Shown here: positions 1 to 14,200 of the stretch, in pieces
How positions within the stretch are numbered: the stretch's first letter is position 1
How the letters are laid out: the number at the start of each line of letters is the position of its first letter
Program-made: the position numbers and the translations under genes
Source of the DNA: Eledone cirrhosa
Taxonomy: Eukaryota
Direction: 5' to 3'
Length of the DNA stretch: 64,000 bases
NCBI GenBank assembly: GCA_964016885.1
Contig: OZ024747.1
Span: forward strand, 87,544,001 to 87,608,000
The notes under the pieces: generated by a model
Database searches by the model: none
What the model saw: only the letters and a program-made list of their open reading frames with translations
Told to the model about the DNA's origin: nothing

Positions 1-684
1 TAAGAAATTATTCGGATCATATTGACTTATCCAACTCATATCAGCATGGATAGCAAACAAAAAATGACAATATTAATGATGCACATACACACATGCATGC
101 ATAGCACTTACATGCATGAAACCTTGCAAAGAAATAGGCAGCCATATATATATACACACACACATTGGTATATTGCACACAAACAGATTTATACATACAA
201 TCTTACAGATATTTTCATGCAGACATATAAATATGAGAGTGAGAGAGAGAGAGAGAGACATAGGAATAGATATAATACATACAGACATACATAAGCTGAT
301 ACAAGCTGACATACCAAAATATACTGATAAAAATGGTGTGACAAAGAAAATATAATGACAGAAGGTTCTAGATGTTTGTATATGTAAAAAAGAAACGTTA
401 TATTCGATTACATTCTTATCTATGTTATCTGTGCTATCTATTTTATCTGCTGTATTTAACTTTTGAGCTCTGTCAAGCCAAGATTAAATTTCAATATATG
501 TACCACCACACTACTACAAATGACAAAGAAATTCTATTCTGCTCTAGAAATATATTCTTTATCTATTATTCTACGGATTATCTTGAAAATAGTATTCAAG
601 CAGTTTTTTTGTTATTGGCATCATGTTGTGAAGCATACTGGGAAGAAAAACAGACTGAAATATTGCAGGCAAAATATTTCTCTT

Positions 685-686
<2 letters not shown>

Positions 687-752
<66 letters not shown>
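687..752. repeat. (TA)n microsatellite, one of many; also (CT)n ~8050-8101, (GA)n ~11180-11233, (TA)n ~23010-23063, mixed (TA/TG)n 25815-26037
   Basis: Direct inspection. Confidence 0.95.
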
Positions 753-755
<3 letters not shown>

Positions 756-1163
756 GTATGAATCGAAGTTGCAACCGCAATATAGCAGATACTAATCAAA
801 TTGTTTGAGGCGGTCACAAAGCACTCAATTGAGTGAGTAACATGTGTGTGTGCAGTTATGAAGGTACACAGCCTTGTAACTTGAAGGCGAGTTTCATGAT
901 AATATGGTCAAGTGGTCCATTGCCAGATCAAGTGGCATGTTGTATCCTTAAGCAAGTCACTTTATTTCATGCTGCTCCAGTTCACTCAGCTGGAAAATAT
1001 GAGTTGCAATGACAGTTGGCAACCTGTATTGGCCTTTGTCTTTCCCTTAGACAACATTAGTAGAGAGAAGATTAGCATGTACATGTGACTGCAGATCTTC
1101 CACAAAAAACACCTTGTTTGTGTTTGTCACTTGGAGAGGAACTTTCCAGGTGTAAACCCATGA

Positions 1164-1204
<41 letters not shown>

Positions 1205-1845
1205 AAGTGACAATAAGAATTGCAACTTTTTGTAAACTTTATTACATATTACAATTTGGTTCCATATCGATTAGCTTGGGTTTGATCATGCACCGGATCC
1301 CAACTCTTAATTGATACTTCTTCAGTTACAAGATTTTACAAGGATGACGGTGATGATATATATATATATATATACTACCATAGTAGCCATAAAAAGTTAG
1401 TGATTTTAGGGGAAAATATTTAATTTAATAATTCCTTTATTACAATATTCTATGAATCCTCAATTTTCCTTGATTTTCTCTCTCTTGTCCCTAATCAGAA
1501 AACACTTCACATATAGCCATAAGTACCATAAGATTTTCATTTTACGTAATATTAAGATTAGCTACTCTTGTTTAGATACCATTGCTTCAAATATCACACA
1601 TTATGAAAGAAAAAAGCATTAGATATTTCATTGAAGAAACTTCCCTGCTGGTTCAGAATGACAATTGTTTTTATTGTTCTTAGCATGTCTCTTGTTGCAA
1701 ATGTTCATTATTGTTGTTGTTAAATTTATATTTGCTAATGTTGTCAAAGTTATTGTTGTTATTTTCTGTTATAATTTTTGTTTTTAAAATACTAAAATAT
1801 TGGAAAAGTACATTATAAAATAAACCCTGTAATTTCCTTCTTCAG

Positions 1846-2045
1846 AAAACAAGACCTGTGATCTTCAGTGTAAGAATGGATGTTGGGGTCCTGGTCCTGA
1901 ACGTTGCTTAGAATGTGCAAACTATCATATTGATAAAGCAACTCGTTGTATCGCCTCTTGCTCTAGTGTACCATTACATTATGATGCAGGGAATAAGCTG
2001 TGTAAGAAATGTCATCCACAATGTGCCAACAATTGTACTGGACCT
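1846..2045 (+). CDS. EGFR: EGFR exon, start of Cys-rich domain IV
   Basis: ttcag| [23 protein letters not shown]...[12 protein letters not shown] |gtaag. Confidence 0.93.
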
Positions 2046-2739
2046 GTAAGTATATTTCTACTGTATGGTTTTCATACACATACACACATACATATGTTCA
2101 TCATATTCTTTTAACCAGACACACTAGCAAAATATGAGTAGTTGTTAGTGTTGTTGTTTAGTTTTGACTATTTTTCTCTTTTAAATTAACATTTACAGCA
2201 CTCTTTTTTATTGGGCTTTTCAAAGAGTGACTGAATGCTTGTTTGAAAATCTGTCATATTATCTTCTTTTTCATTATTTTGTGCCATTGATATCACTATT
2301 GTGATGTATAGCTCTTCTTTCTACCATCAATATAGCCATTTTGAAATGTGAACAAATTTGCAAGTGGCCATGTGGCAGAAATATACTAAGTTGAAGAAAA
2401 ATGTCAAGACACATCTTCCTTCATTCAGTAGAATGTTTTCAGAAATTATATAATTGAAAAGCTCTCTTGTCAATACTCCAGAATGAAAACATGAATAAAA
2501 CAAATTTCTTACATTAAGTTATCAACAAGAATCACCTTCTAAGTGGGAGCTCTATAAACCTGTACATTCACAGCAAACAACAGCAATAATCATTTATATT
2601 TTAATAACTATACAGCCTTTTTGTCCATGCATCACACACAAACACTACAATCTGTTGAAAATTTTCTAAAATGTTCTCTACCAATGGTATTATGTATATA
2701 TTTCCACCTCTCTATCTTTCTATGTGTGTGTATACACAC

Positions 2740-2773
<34 letters not shown>

Positions 2774-5700
2774 GTAAAAGTCATTGAGTTTGTGGAAAGG
2801 TCTGAATGTGTGTGTGTGTGAAGGTCAAGGTTGATATCTAAGTAATTTACACTAGTCAGATTGGTGGTTACAGTAATCTTAAGTCCTATCTCGTTAAACA
2901 TGGCTATCAGCGTTTTCCTTAATCGGTCAAGGTCATGATCGCTTTTATGGCCCAATAGGGTCAGACCATTGTCGCAGTATAAACCTGTGTGGAAGTCAGG
3001 GAATTTAACTTGCATTGTATCTAATATATATAACCCAACCAAATTGCATACATCAGCACTATCGAATGATCCCATTGAGATATCGAATAGTTCTGATGTA
3101 GTTGACTTTTTTACCGAGGCTACTCCATTATGGAAAAAGAGGTGTATGTAGTGGTGAACTCCAAAGCTTTATCCAACAGAGTCACCGAGATCGGAGGTAA
3201 AACTGAATGTATTTAGCTTTGTTGGCGTTGAAGGAGTTACACCACTTAACAAAATGGCTTATATCCATGCCATTAACCTATGAGTAGTTTTGCTATGATC
3301 CCCCACTCACTTATTTCACCTCATGAACACAACTCACAATCACTCATCTCCTCTCAAGCATCTCCCCAATCCCCTCACCCCTGGTATATTCTTCAGTGTG
3401 CCCACATTAAAAATGGCAGCCCTGGATGTGTTATCTGACAGTGGTTGTTATTAAGCTGTCTTTTGTCAGCAGCTTTCTGTCTGCATATATATATATTTTT
3501 TAATATATAACTTCATTACGGTTTGGTGAAGAAACCAAATATTATTTATTCTGTCTATGAAACTATGAGCTTTGTACTAGTTATAATGATTTCTAATTTA
3601 GGCACAACACCAGCAATTTGGGGGTGAGGATAGTTAAATTGATCCAAGTTTATTTTTTTCAACCCCAGAATGGTGAAAGGTAAAGTTGACCTCAGCAGAA
3701 CAATATTGATAATTATATAAATAGCTCAAAATGATGGATTTATATTATTTTTATGTGCATTATTTTTTCTTCCTACTTTCTTATCATATCGCACTAATAT
3801 TCTTATGGTAATATTTTTTACTATTTATTTCAGGTAGAACATGAATGCGACAGTTGTTTACACGTGCAGCATGGTCCTAACTGTATGAACAAATGTCCAC
3901 GTAACATGTTTCCAAACGAGAAAAAGATCTGCCAAGTGTGTCATGTCAACTGTGATTCTGGGTACAGATGCCTTTCTTTTTGATATTTGTTAATTGTCCT
4001 GTAGTTCTCACAAAATAATTTCTGGTTAACAATCCAACCCATGCTAGCATAGAAAATGGATGTTAAATGATGATGATGATGATAATTGTTGAATGTCACG
4101 TTTGCCATTCAAAAACTAGTAAATTCACTTTAACCAGTAGATTTACTTTAACCAGTGATCAGGTCACAATCAGTATAACATAAAGTTTGACATCAAGAAA
4201 TAAATGATACTTTACATAATATTTATGCTTTTTACTAATATTCCAATGAAAGACACTGCTTATGAAGCTGATTCTTACATAAAATTCTGATAAAGGTTTT
4301 TAGAAAAATAAATATAAACACTTTTAAATAATTTTATATCATAAAACTATGGGTGGGTTTAGTATTAAAAGGTTTTAAATGTTTTAATATAATTATTCTT
4401 TTTCTCCTTTCAAGATGCACCGGTCCAGGTTCTGAACTGAAAATTGGCAGCTGTAATAGCTGCAAAATAGGACTTCAGCAAAATGATGGCAGAGTTTCAT
4501 GTTTTTCAAAGGAAATTTCTGAATGTCCTGATGGCTTTCATCGTACTTACAAAAGAAAAATGAAACAAATGAATGGGAAAATTGTAAGTAGTATATTTAA
4601 CACTTTCAAGACTTCTATTAAAGTGTTAAAATTATTCGTTCAAATATTTGACTAAAATGTCATTATTACATGAAAGATTTCAATATCTACATATCAAATT
4701 AGTTATTTTACTAAACCTCTCGTAATTTTTGATTATTTTGAAACATTTTTTGTAACCACAAAAGGTTTATATTTAAATACTATGTTAGTAATTATTTTAC
4801 TTATAGTTACTTACTTTGTGGGAATGGTATTTAATTTGTTTCAAACTTATCTAACTTATACTTATAATCTTTATTTGATTACAAAATACCTGCCAGTTGA
4901 GAAAACAATTGTTTTAACAAGAAATGTTATATAGGACAGGCAATGTCAAACTGAGGGTCCTCCGAGGGCCACATGGGTCACATATGTGTTGTCTGAGGGC
5001 CACATGGGTCACATATGTGTTGTCTGAGGTCCACATGGGTCACATATGTGTTGTCTGAGGTCCACATGGGTCACATATGTGTTGTCTGAGGTCCACATGG
5101 GTCACATATGTGTTGTCCGAGGGCCACATGGGTCACATATGTGTTGTCTGAGGGCCACATGGGTCACATATGTGTTGTCTGAGGGCCACATGGGTCACAT
5201 ATGTGTTGTCTGAGGGCCACACACAACAACTAATTGCGGACATTACAACACATTTTAAAAATTTTATATTATGAAAATAAAACATGCTCGCGCTGTAAAA
5301 ACCTTTGTGTGGGCCGCAGGTGTGCTTGTAAAGGGCTGCATGTTTGACATGCCTGATATAGGATGTTGCATGCAAGAAAAGACATGAAATCATAAAATCA
5401 ACAAGAATTCTATAATAATATAACTGTTCTGATGTTTAAAAATAGAAATATTTGAACATTTTAGCTGTTATTTTACTAAATCTCTCCAAAGCCTTGATTA
5501 TTTTCAAAATTATTTTAAAATTATAGTCTGTGTCATTCATTAGAAATATGGTAACAAAGGGGTTTATCATTTCTCAGAAGTTTTTATCCATAATATGTAT
5601 CAAGAGCTCAATTCCCTTATAGTATTATATCTTTGATACAAAAGTTATGTTTTTTTATTTTATTATTAGTATATGATCACTAACAAGGTTATTTGTCAAG

Positions 5701-8045
5701 GCATATTAGAAATTACTTTTATCAAGAAAAAATATATTTTGAATATCTGAGATAATTAATAAAAAATTAACATGTAATAGAAATATTATTTTTAAATTTC
5801 TACCTTAGGAATTCTCATGATCTATTAAATATAAAAACTTCTAAAACTTACTTATTTTCAGTTATGTATACCTTGTCATAAGGAATGTGAAACCTGCCTT
5901 GGTGAAGGGAATTATTCCTGCAAAAAATGTCGCAACTTCCTGATGCATAAAAAGTGCACAGACATATGTCCCAAAAACTTTTATAGTGATATAGAGAAGA
6001 AAGAATGTGTTGAATGCCACAACGAATGTTTAAATGGATGTCATGGCCCATCATCATCTGACTGTGCTGCTTGCCGTAACCTAAAAATTTATTTAAGCAA
6101 CGAAACTATGGTAATTTTTTATATATATATATATAGAACACTTAATAGTATTGCTAACATGGTCAACTTTTACCTCTTCACATTGTGATTAAATGAAAAA
6201 TTTGAAAAATTTTGTGATATGGTTTGTTTATTTCATTCAAGTGCTAAGTTATTATTTCTAATATCATAGCAGTAAGTTATTGGTAACATGTGTTCATGGC
6301 TTTGTCTTCATAATTAGAAGTACTTCACTTCAATTACACCAATAAATCTACTATACTATATATCCATTGGTTGGTGTTAGGAAGGTCATCCAGCTGTATA
6401 AAAAACCTGCCAGAGACGCTTCTGTGAGAGCGAGACAAGGTCTCCCGACCATTCCCGCATCAAATGAAACAAAACCATCTAACCCATGCTAGCGTGGAAG
6501 ATTGACGTTAAACGATGATGATGATGATTAGCAGTGGTAAGAAACTCCCAGGAGAACTAGACAGCAGAAGGTCTTCAGAGAAGAAACACCCCTCAAGCAA
6601 GTGTTTCGGCCCTTAACGTCCCCAAGGAACTTTTAGTTTTCCCTGTATTATATTGTATGTCTTAACTTTATATTACTGTTTTAAAATACAGATTGCTGTT
6701 TAATGTTTTACACTAGGAAAGTTATTCAGTTATAAAATCACTTGATCCCAAAATGAAAATAAAAAGTAGCATTAATCCTATTATATATCAATATTTTTAA
6801 ATATATTTTTCTTACCAAATAAAACTATTATAAAAGATATTAATAAAATATTTTATCTTCTATTGAATGTAGTTTAACTGCACAGCTATATGTCCACTAT
6901 CTAAACCATATTCTATACGTGATGAAGAACAGAGAGGTCGTACTGTCTGTGTTGATGATACACACCCAGTGATAGTTGCCGAAAAACAGTAAGTCGGTAT
7001 TTCATCATCTATTATTAAATAATTGTTTCTACTTTTTGGCAATTACCCAGTACATTACTGGTACTTTATTTTATCGACCTCGTAAGGATGAAAGGCAAAG
7101 TTAACCTCGGCGGGATTTGAACTCAGAATGGCAAGGGCCGTAACTCTATGCGTCAAAGCATGGCGTCCGACCCTCTACCGATACTGCCAATCCACCATCT
7201 ATTATTAAATAATGTTTGTGTGTATGCTTGTTAGTTATTGAAGTTTTATAGATGCCCCAAAAGAAAAAAACACATCTGATCATTTAGATGCTAAATTCTG
7301 AATAATGAGGTGGTCACAGCTTCTAAATAAGACTAATATCCATAGTGAGGATTATTCTTATTGGCCAGTTTGGATCAAATGGTGGAAGCAATATCTCAGT
7401 GACTAGCAACTGATGCTGAACATGAGGCACCTCTCCCTTGCTTTCATTAGAAATTCCAGTGAAATTTAAAATTTCTGTTTATGGAGTAGTATTAACAATT
7501 AATGGTTTAAACTAGTAAACAGGGAGCCCTGTTGGTGGCAGCAAAATTAGAATTCAGTTTTCTTGTTAATGCATTGTGCAGTTTCTTGCAGTTTGACTCT
7601 CCTAGTGTGAGAGAGGAAGGTCATTGGCAAAACATCTGTACTACACATATTTAGACCTTTGGAATGTATGTCACAAAACTTTCCTGCTCTATGCACCAAC
7701 TAGCATTGTTGCTGATTTGCTGAAGGATCTCAAGACAGTTCAGTTTGAAATATAATCTAAACACTTACACTTAAAAAACAATCTGAACTCTGATGAAACT
7801 GTTACACAGGCATTTGAAGAACCTGTGTTCCAAAAAATACAGTGATGGCTATGAAATTCTTTTAGTTTGTGTTAGATATGATAGAGCTGGGAATATTTCT
7901 TAATGTATTTGCTGGATTCTTTACTTATTTGTCATATGAAAGTTATGATCAGTCAAAAACGTTCTAAAATTTAAATGGAACACAAGACAAAAAAAGAAGT
8001 GGAGGGGACAAATATTTTTTTATGTATTCTCTATTAACAGTGTTG

Positions 8046-8105
<60 letters not shown>

Positions 8106-11100
8106 ATATATATATATATATACCATTTATATTGTGTTGTTTACCAATGGGTAGCACTGGTGATTCCAGTTAGTAAATAATGATGCAATAAATTAAAGCA
8201 CTCAACATTATGCAATTCAACCATCTTAGATATATATAATATGGCTGGTGCAGGAACAGAGTTAGATATTTATTAAAAACAACAGAAGGCCAGACTGGAA
8301 ACTTGCTTTAAAAATTTAATTCTGTGAAAACACTATGCATATTTCAATGCCTAGTTTCATCATCCAATCATGATGCAAGACTTAAGTGATTTCATCAGGT
8401 GTTGATTGCAGAATTAGTTATAAGTATAACAGGATTACAGTGAACACAAACAGAGAATAGAGAATAGATTTGATTTGGGGATGGCTTGCTAATTCAATGT
8501 TATTGTAATGACAAATTATCCCTGAATCTTTTTAATGAATATGTATATACATATATCCACCAACATAGCTTTAAAGTTTCATGTAGAAACCTTGAATATT
8601 ACAAAGAATAAAACAATGATGTACTAGTCCTTAATAATGAAACTTCTGCTTCTAAATAGAGACTGAGACCATGAGTGGCATTCAACAGTACAATCATTTT
8701 AACACATACTAATTTGAATAATTGAAACTATAGCCATATCAAATATTTGGCTTCACTTTATCAGTATATGTGTAGTATTAAAATGTCCCTTTTTTTTATC
8801 TAAAGGAAAAAGGAAAAGAAAGCCAATATCATCATCATCAGTGCCGTCTGTGGTTCAGTATTGCTTGTTTTATGTATTGTTATCACAATCTGCTTCTTCT
8901 GCAAACGAAATCGAGAAATAGAGAATGTAACTAAATACAATGCTACAATAATGGGTTATGATGAAAATGAGGTAAATATTTTGATGTTTCACTTGACTGT
9001 AGTGAATTTAAAATTTAGTATTTACCAGCTACTGTTGTGCCAAATTCTAATTCATTGTTGTGGTTTGTGTTGTGCTGTTGATAAAGCAAAATATAACCCT
9101 AGCAGTGATTGGCTAACTTTGATTGCTAGAATAATGAGAATTCCACAATTATGTATTACTTGATAGTATTGTCCTTCATGTCATGTACATTTTCTTGAAT
9201 TTGTACATCATTGCTATGAACCTGTAGTCTATTGCTTTCCTCCCTACAATGGGCTTTTATCATGTTCTTAGATAGATAATGATAGAAATAAATCTCTTGT
9301 AGTTCTGGTATACTATTTTGATACATATCTGGTTAGATTGGTCTATCTTGTCATCAGCGAAACTTTATTCTACCTGGAGTTTTATAAATTACTTGTTACC
9401 ATAATAAATTAATTTTAATTAAATTAATTTATTTGTTACTCTATTAATTCATTACTAAAACAGATTATTTTTTACCATAATACATATATAAAATTAGATA
9501 GTTATATCTCTTAGATAATTGACTCCCTGTCTAAATTGTTATATCTTTTATGCATAATTGGTTCCTTGTTTAATTTTGTTTCTCAAACATTTCAGCCGCT
9601 CAATCCAACTGATATAAAACCTGATTTAGCTCAACTTCGATTAATTAAAGAGTCCGAACTTAGAAAAGGTAGTATAATTGGATCTGGAGCTTTTGGAACT
9701 GTTTATAAGGTGAGTTATAAGAAATTAATTACATGTTAAATAATTTTTTTTACTCATTCCCTAGTTAGTTGGAATAATTAAGGTTTCAAAACAGAATAAT
9801 TAAGGTTTCTTTCAAAACAGAGCAATATATGTACTTTTCTTTTCCAGAACAAATACTGTGATACACTTAATTTGATGACTTGGTTATTCAATTTGATGTT
9901 ACAGAAAATAAAATACTCAATATTGTTTCATTTTCTTTTGAAATTTTGTGCTATTTTGTCTCTTTTTTTCTTAAAGGGATTTTGGATTCCTGATGGCGAA
10001 AATGTAAAGATTCCTGTTGCAATCAAAGTGCTTCAAGAAGGAACATCTCCTAGCCAGAATAAGGAACTGTTAGAAGAAGCTAGAGTCATGTGTTCAGTTG
10101 ACCAACAATGCTGTATCAGGATTTTAGCTGTGTGTATGACTGCTCAGATGATGTTGATTACACCTCTCATGCCACTTGGATGTCTGCTGGATTATATCCG
10201 TAAAAACAGGAAAGCAATTGGTTCTAAAGTACTACTCAATTGGTGTACACAAATTGCTAAGGTAAGATTTTATGTTTCAATGTGATTTATTTAGTAAATA
10301 GTACATTGCTTGAGGCACCTAAAATTATTTTATTATTAAATTCTGATGGATTGGCAGTATCGGTAGAGGGTCAGACGCCATGCTTTCCAGCATAGTTACG
10401 TCCCTTTACGATCTGAGTTCAAATCCCGCCGAGGTTGACTTTGCCTTTCATCCTTACGGGGTCGATAAAATAAAGTACCAGTAATGCACTGGGTAATTGC
10501 TGGCCTTGTGCCTAAAGTAGAAACAATTATTAAATTCTGGTATACGATGAAATGCTTACCAATTATGCTTCAATAACTGTAAGTACTAAATATACAATAT
10601 TTAGTACTTTCAGTTATTGAGCTCAATAATTTGCAACATATTTAATTAATGCAATGCATAAGAACTAAAATTTATCAAAATATTCAAATTGGTTACTATT
10701 CTGAAGGTACATAGCCTAGTAGTTAGGGTGTTGAGCTCATTATCTACCATCAGGTAATAGGTTCAATCTCTGAACTGGGGGCACATTGTGTCTTTGAGCA
10801 AGGGACTTCATTTCATGTTGCAATCAACTCAGTTGAAAAGAATTAGTACCAGCAGCAGTGTTGTACTTTCTGTTGCCTCATGGAAGTGGTAAATTCAAGC
10901 CTGATGAAGGCATTTGTTCATTTAAACAGATATCATGTTATATGTTGGATAGCCAAGAAATAATTATAATTTATGCTTTCTATGTTTAAAGTTATATAAA
11001 TAATAATAATGAAAATGAACTGTTTGTTTCAGGGTATGGCTTATTTAGAGGCCAGAGCCATTGTCCACAGAGATTTAGCAGCAAGAAATGTTTTATGTAA

Positions 11101-11199
11101 GTATTGTCACCAGTTTGGAATTCTAAAATATTGTTTAACTGATATTATCAACCATGATATGCAGTGTTTTGTGTGCGTGTGAGAGAGAGAGAGAAAGAA

Positions 11200-11236
<37 letters not shown>

Positions 11237-14200
11237 AGCCTTCACCACTATAAACAATCCATTTGTGTGGGTAGATCCTCATACATTGATATATACAACA
11301 GGAGAGTCTATCATATATATAAATATACATGCAGTTTTTCAATATCGAATTTTGCATATTTAGATGTCTAACTGGACAAAATACAATTGTTTACCTCCAG
11401 TCATATTGTATGGCTTTCATATGTGTATGTGTGTTTGTGTATTTTAAGGAACTTCACATTTCACCTTTTGCAGCTTATTATTTATATATAAAGTAATTTG
11501 AAGTTATATAAAATATTTTCAATATGTTACTTCTTCTTTCTTGTGTTTCAGTGCAAACTCCTAACCAAGTAAGAATCACAGATTTTGGTTTAGCCAAGTT
11601 ACTTGACTATAATGAGGAAGAATATATTGCTGGTGGTGGTAAAGTGAGTCTAAACTATTGATTTATTGATCTGTCTAATTACTGTGTTGTATACAAAATT
11701 TACCCTTGTTTCATAGACTAACTATGTACATATACTAATAGTGTGCATATATATGTGTGTATGCATATGTATGGGTGAGTATAAATATGTATATATGAAT
11801 ACATGCATATGTGTATATGTCTGCATAGAGGTTCATATGGTATATGTGTGTTTAATGTCCATCTCTCATTTATTTATTTCTCTCAACAAATAATGCAACA
11901 TATAGATAGCTTCTTCTATTCAGGTGACCTAATTAGCAGTGGAGACGGGTGCGCCAAGAATATAATAGCTTGAATAAGAATAGGATGGAAGAAGTTTAGA
12001 GAACTGCTCCTACTGCTGACAACAAAAGGTTTCTCCCTACATACAAAAGGAAGGCTGTATGATGCCTGTGTGCAGTGTGTGATGCTGCATGGTAGTGAAA
12101 CATGGGCTGTGACTGTAGAGGATATGTGTAGACTGAAGAGAAATGAAACAACCGTGTTTCATTGGATGTGCAATGTAAATGTGAGAGAAAGACATGAGCT
12201 TGGGCGAGCTGAGCGAGAAGCTGGGTTTAAGGGGAATTTGAGATGGTGTGCAGGAGAGAAGACTGCATTGGTATGGACAATGATTGATGAGTGAAGAAAT
12301 GCCAGGAAATCCCAGTGGAAGGAAGTCACAGTAGAGGATGACCAAGAAAAACCAGGGCAGAAATTGTGAGAGCGGACTTCAAATCACTAAGACTGGCTGA
12401 GAAGATGACAAGGGAATGCAACAAATGGAGAGATGCCATGCTGAGAAGGGCCTGTCCAACCCATGTAAGCATGGAAAAGCAGACGTGATGATGATGATAG
12501 ATAAATACAACACTCTAAACTTCATATGTAATTAGTAGGTAACAACAATAACAACACGTTTTATTCTCTGAAATGTTGCATATAATCAGAAGGAATGGCT
12601 CTAATAATGTTCTTTCTTTTCCAGATGCCAATTAAATGGTTAGCTCTTGAGTGCATCCAGCACAGGATATTTACTCATAAAAGTGATGTGTGGAGTTATG
12701 GTAAGTTTGATAAATATGTGTGATCATTTCTGATGTATGTGTGTGGATATCTGTATGGCACACACATAATTTAGTATTGTATGGTGAGATGTCAATCTCT
12801 TCAAAATAGTTTCAAGAGGGGTTAATCCTTAACCCCTTTTGTTACCACATTTTTATTGAAAGACACTACCTATAATTTTCAAATTATTTTGAAAATAATC
12901 AAGAATTTAAAGGGATTTAGTAATATATCTAATCTAACTTTCTCATTTTAAGCACACGCTTGGAACATGACAAAGATTATTACCTCAAATTATGATGAAA
13001 GGTTTTTAAGTAAATATAAACACTTTAAAATAAGCAGTATATTATTTCATTAGACATATGGTTACAAAAGGCTCAATATACAGAACTACTATGTACCTTC
13101 TAAACGGCTGAAGCTATTAAAATAAATTAAATAAAATTCTGATATATGTGGGCAGACATCTGTTGTCTTAAGCTTTGAAAAGGGTCAGCTTTGGAGAAAC
13201 CTGTTTTAAGGACATTATATGAGGGCGGTGGATTGGCAGTAGCGGTAGAGGGTCGGACGCCATGCTTTGACGCATAGAGTTACGGCCCTTGCCATTCTGA
13301 GTTCAAATCCCGCCATGATTAACTTTGCCTTTCATCCTTACGGGGTCGATAAAATAAAGTACCAGTAATACATTGGGATAATTGCTGGCCTTGTGCCAAT
13401 GTAGAAACAATTATATGAGGTCATTGCTGGAGAAGTAAGCAGGAAATTATACACAAGCTACAGTAGAGGAAGACCTGCTCAAACTTTCATTGATCAACTC
13501 TCAGACAATACAAACCTCAGTAAGGAACAGTTTACAGGAGCAATGGAAAATCATGACTTGTGGAGAGACTTTGTCAGGAATATTCGACTGTGGTCGCAAT
13601 GTTGATATGTTATGATGATTTTTAATTGTTTTGTTTTTTTTCTTTTCATTCAGGTGTCACTGTTTGGGAGCTGTTTACTTATGGCCAACGGCCCTATGAA
13701 AATGTCCGAGCAGCACATGTCCCAGACTTGCTAGAAAAAGGAGAACGTCTACCACAACCAAACATGTGTACAATCGATGTCTATATGATAATGATTAAAT
13801 GTAAATGAGGTCCTGTTTTATTTCTTTTCTATATTAAACTGAAGTTACCTTCTGAAGCATTTCACAGAATCCTGCTCATTAGCCATTTACTATGTCCTGC
13901 ATATAATTATTTGCTTACTCACATTTTACTTTATCACTTAGTTGGGAGGGAGGGCAGCCAGCACAGGTAGCTTTAATTGTTTCAAGGCCTCTGTGCTTGG
14001 TGGGAGAGTGGAAGGTATCTTCAAACCAGAAAGTTAGCATGAAGCAGCAGAGTAGAGTCCTCTAGTAAATATCAAATACTAAATTCTTTTCCCATTGTAT
14101 TTTTTCAGGCTGGATGCTGGATGCTGATAGCAGACCATCGTTTAAAGAATTAGAGGTTGAGTTTGGTAAAATGTCACGAGATCCTGGACGTTATTTGGTC

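Noticed and set aside
22-817. Several ORFs at the window start
   Set aside because: Translations of (TA)n, (GA)n and (CA)n tracts; no EGFR L-domain motif recognised
4964-5221. CRISPR-like array (also 57528-57753)
   Set aside because: Head-to-tail 31-bp units with no unique spacers, eukaryotic intronic context, no cas genes; the shared 31-bp period looks coincidental because the sequences are unrelated
10891-10920. Isolated CTGATGA (also ~7790)
   Set aside because: No matching stem II, GAAA and stem I arrangement
13223-13312. tRNA gene
   Set aside because: A and B boxes belong to a multi-copy SINE head, with no proper cloverleaf
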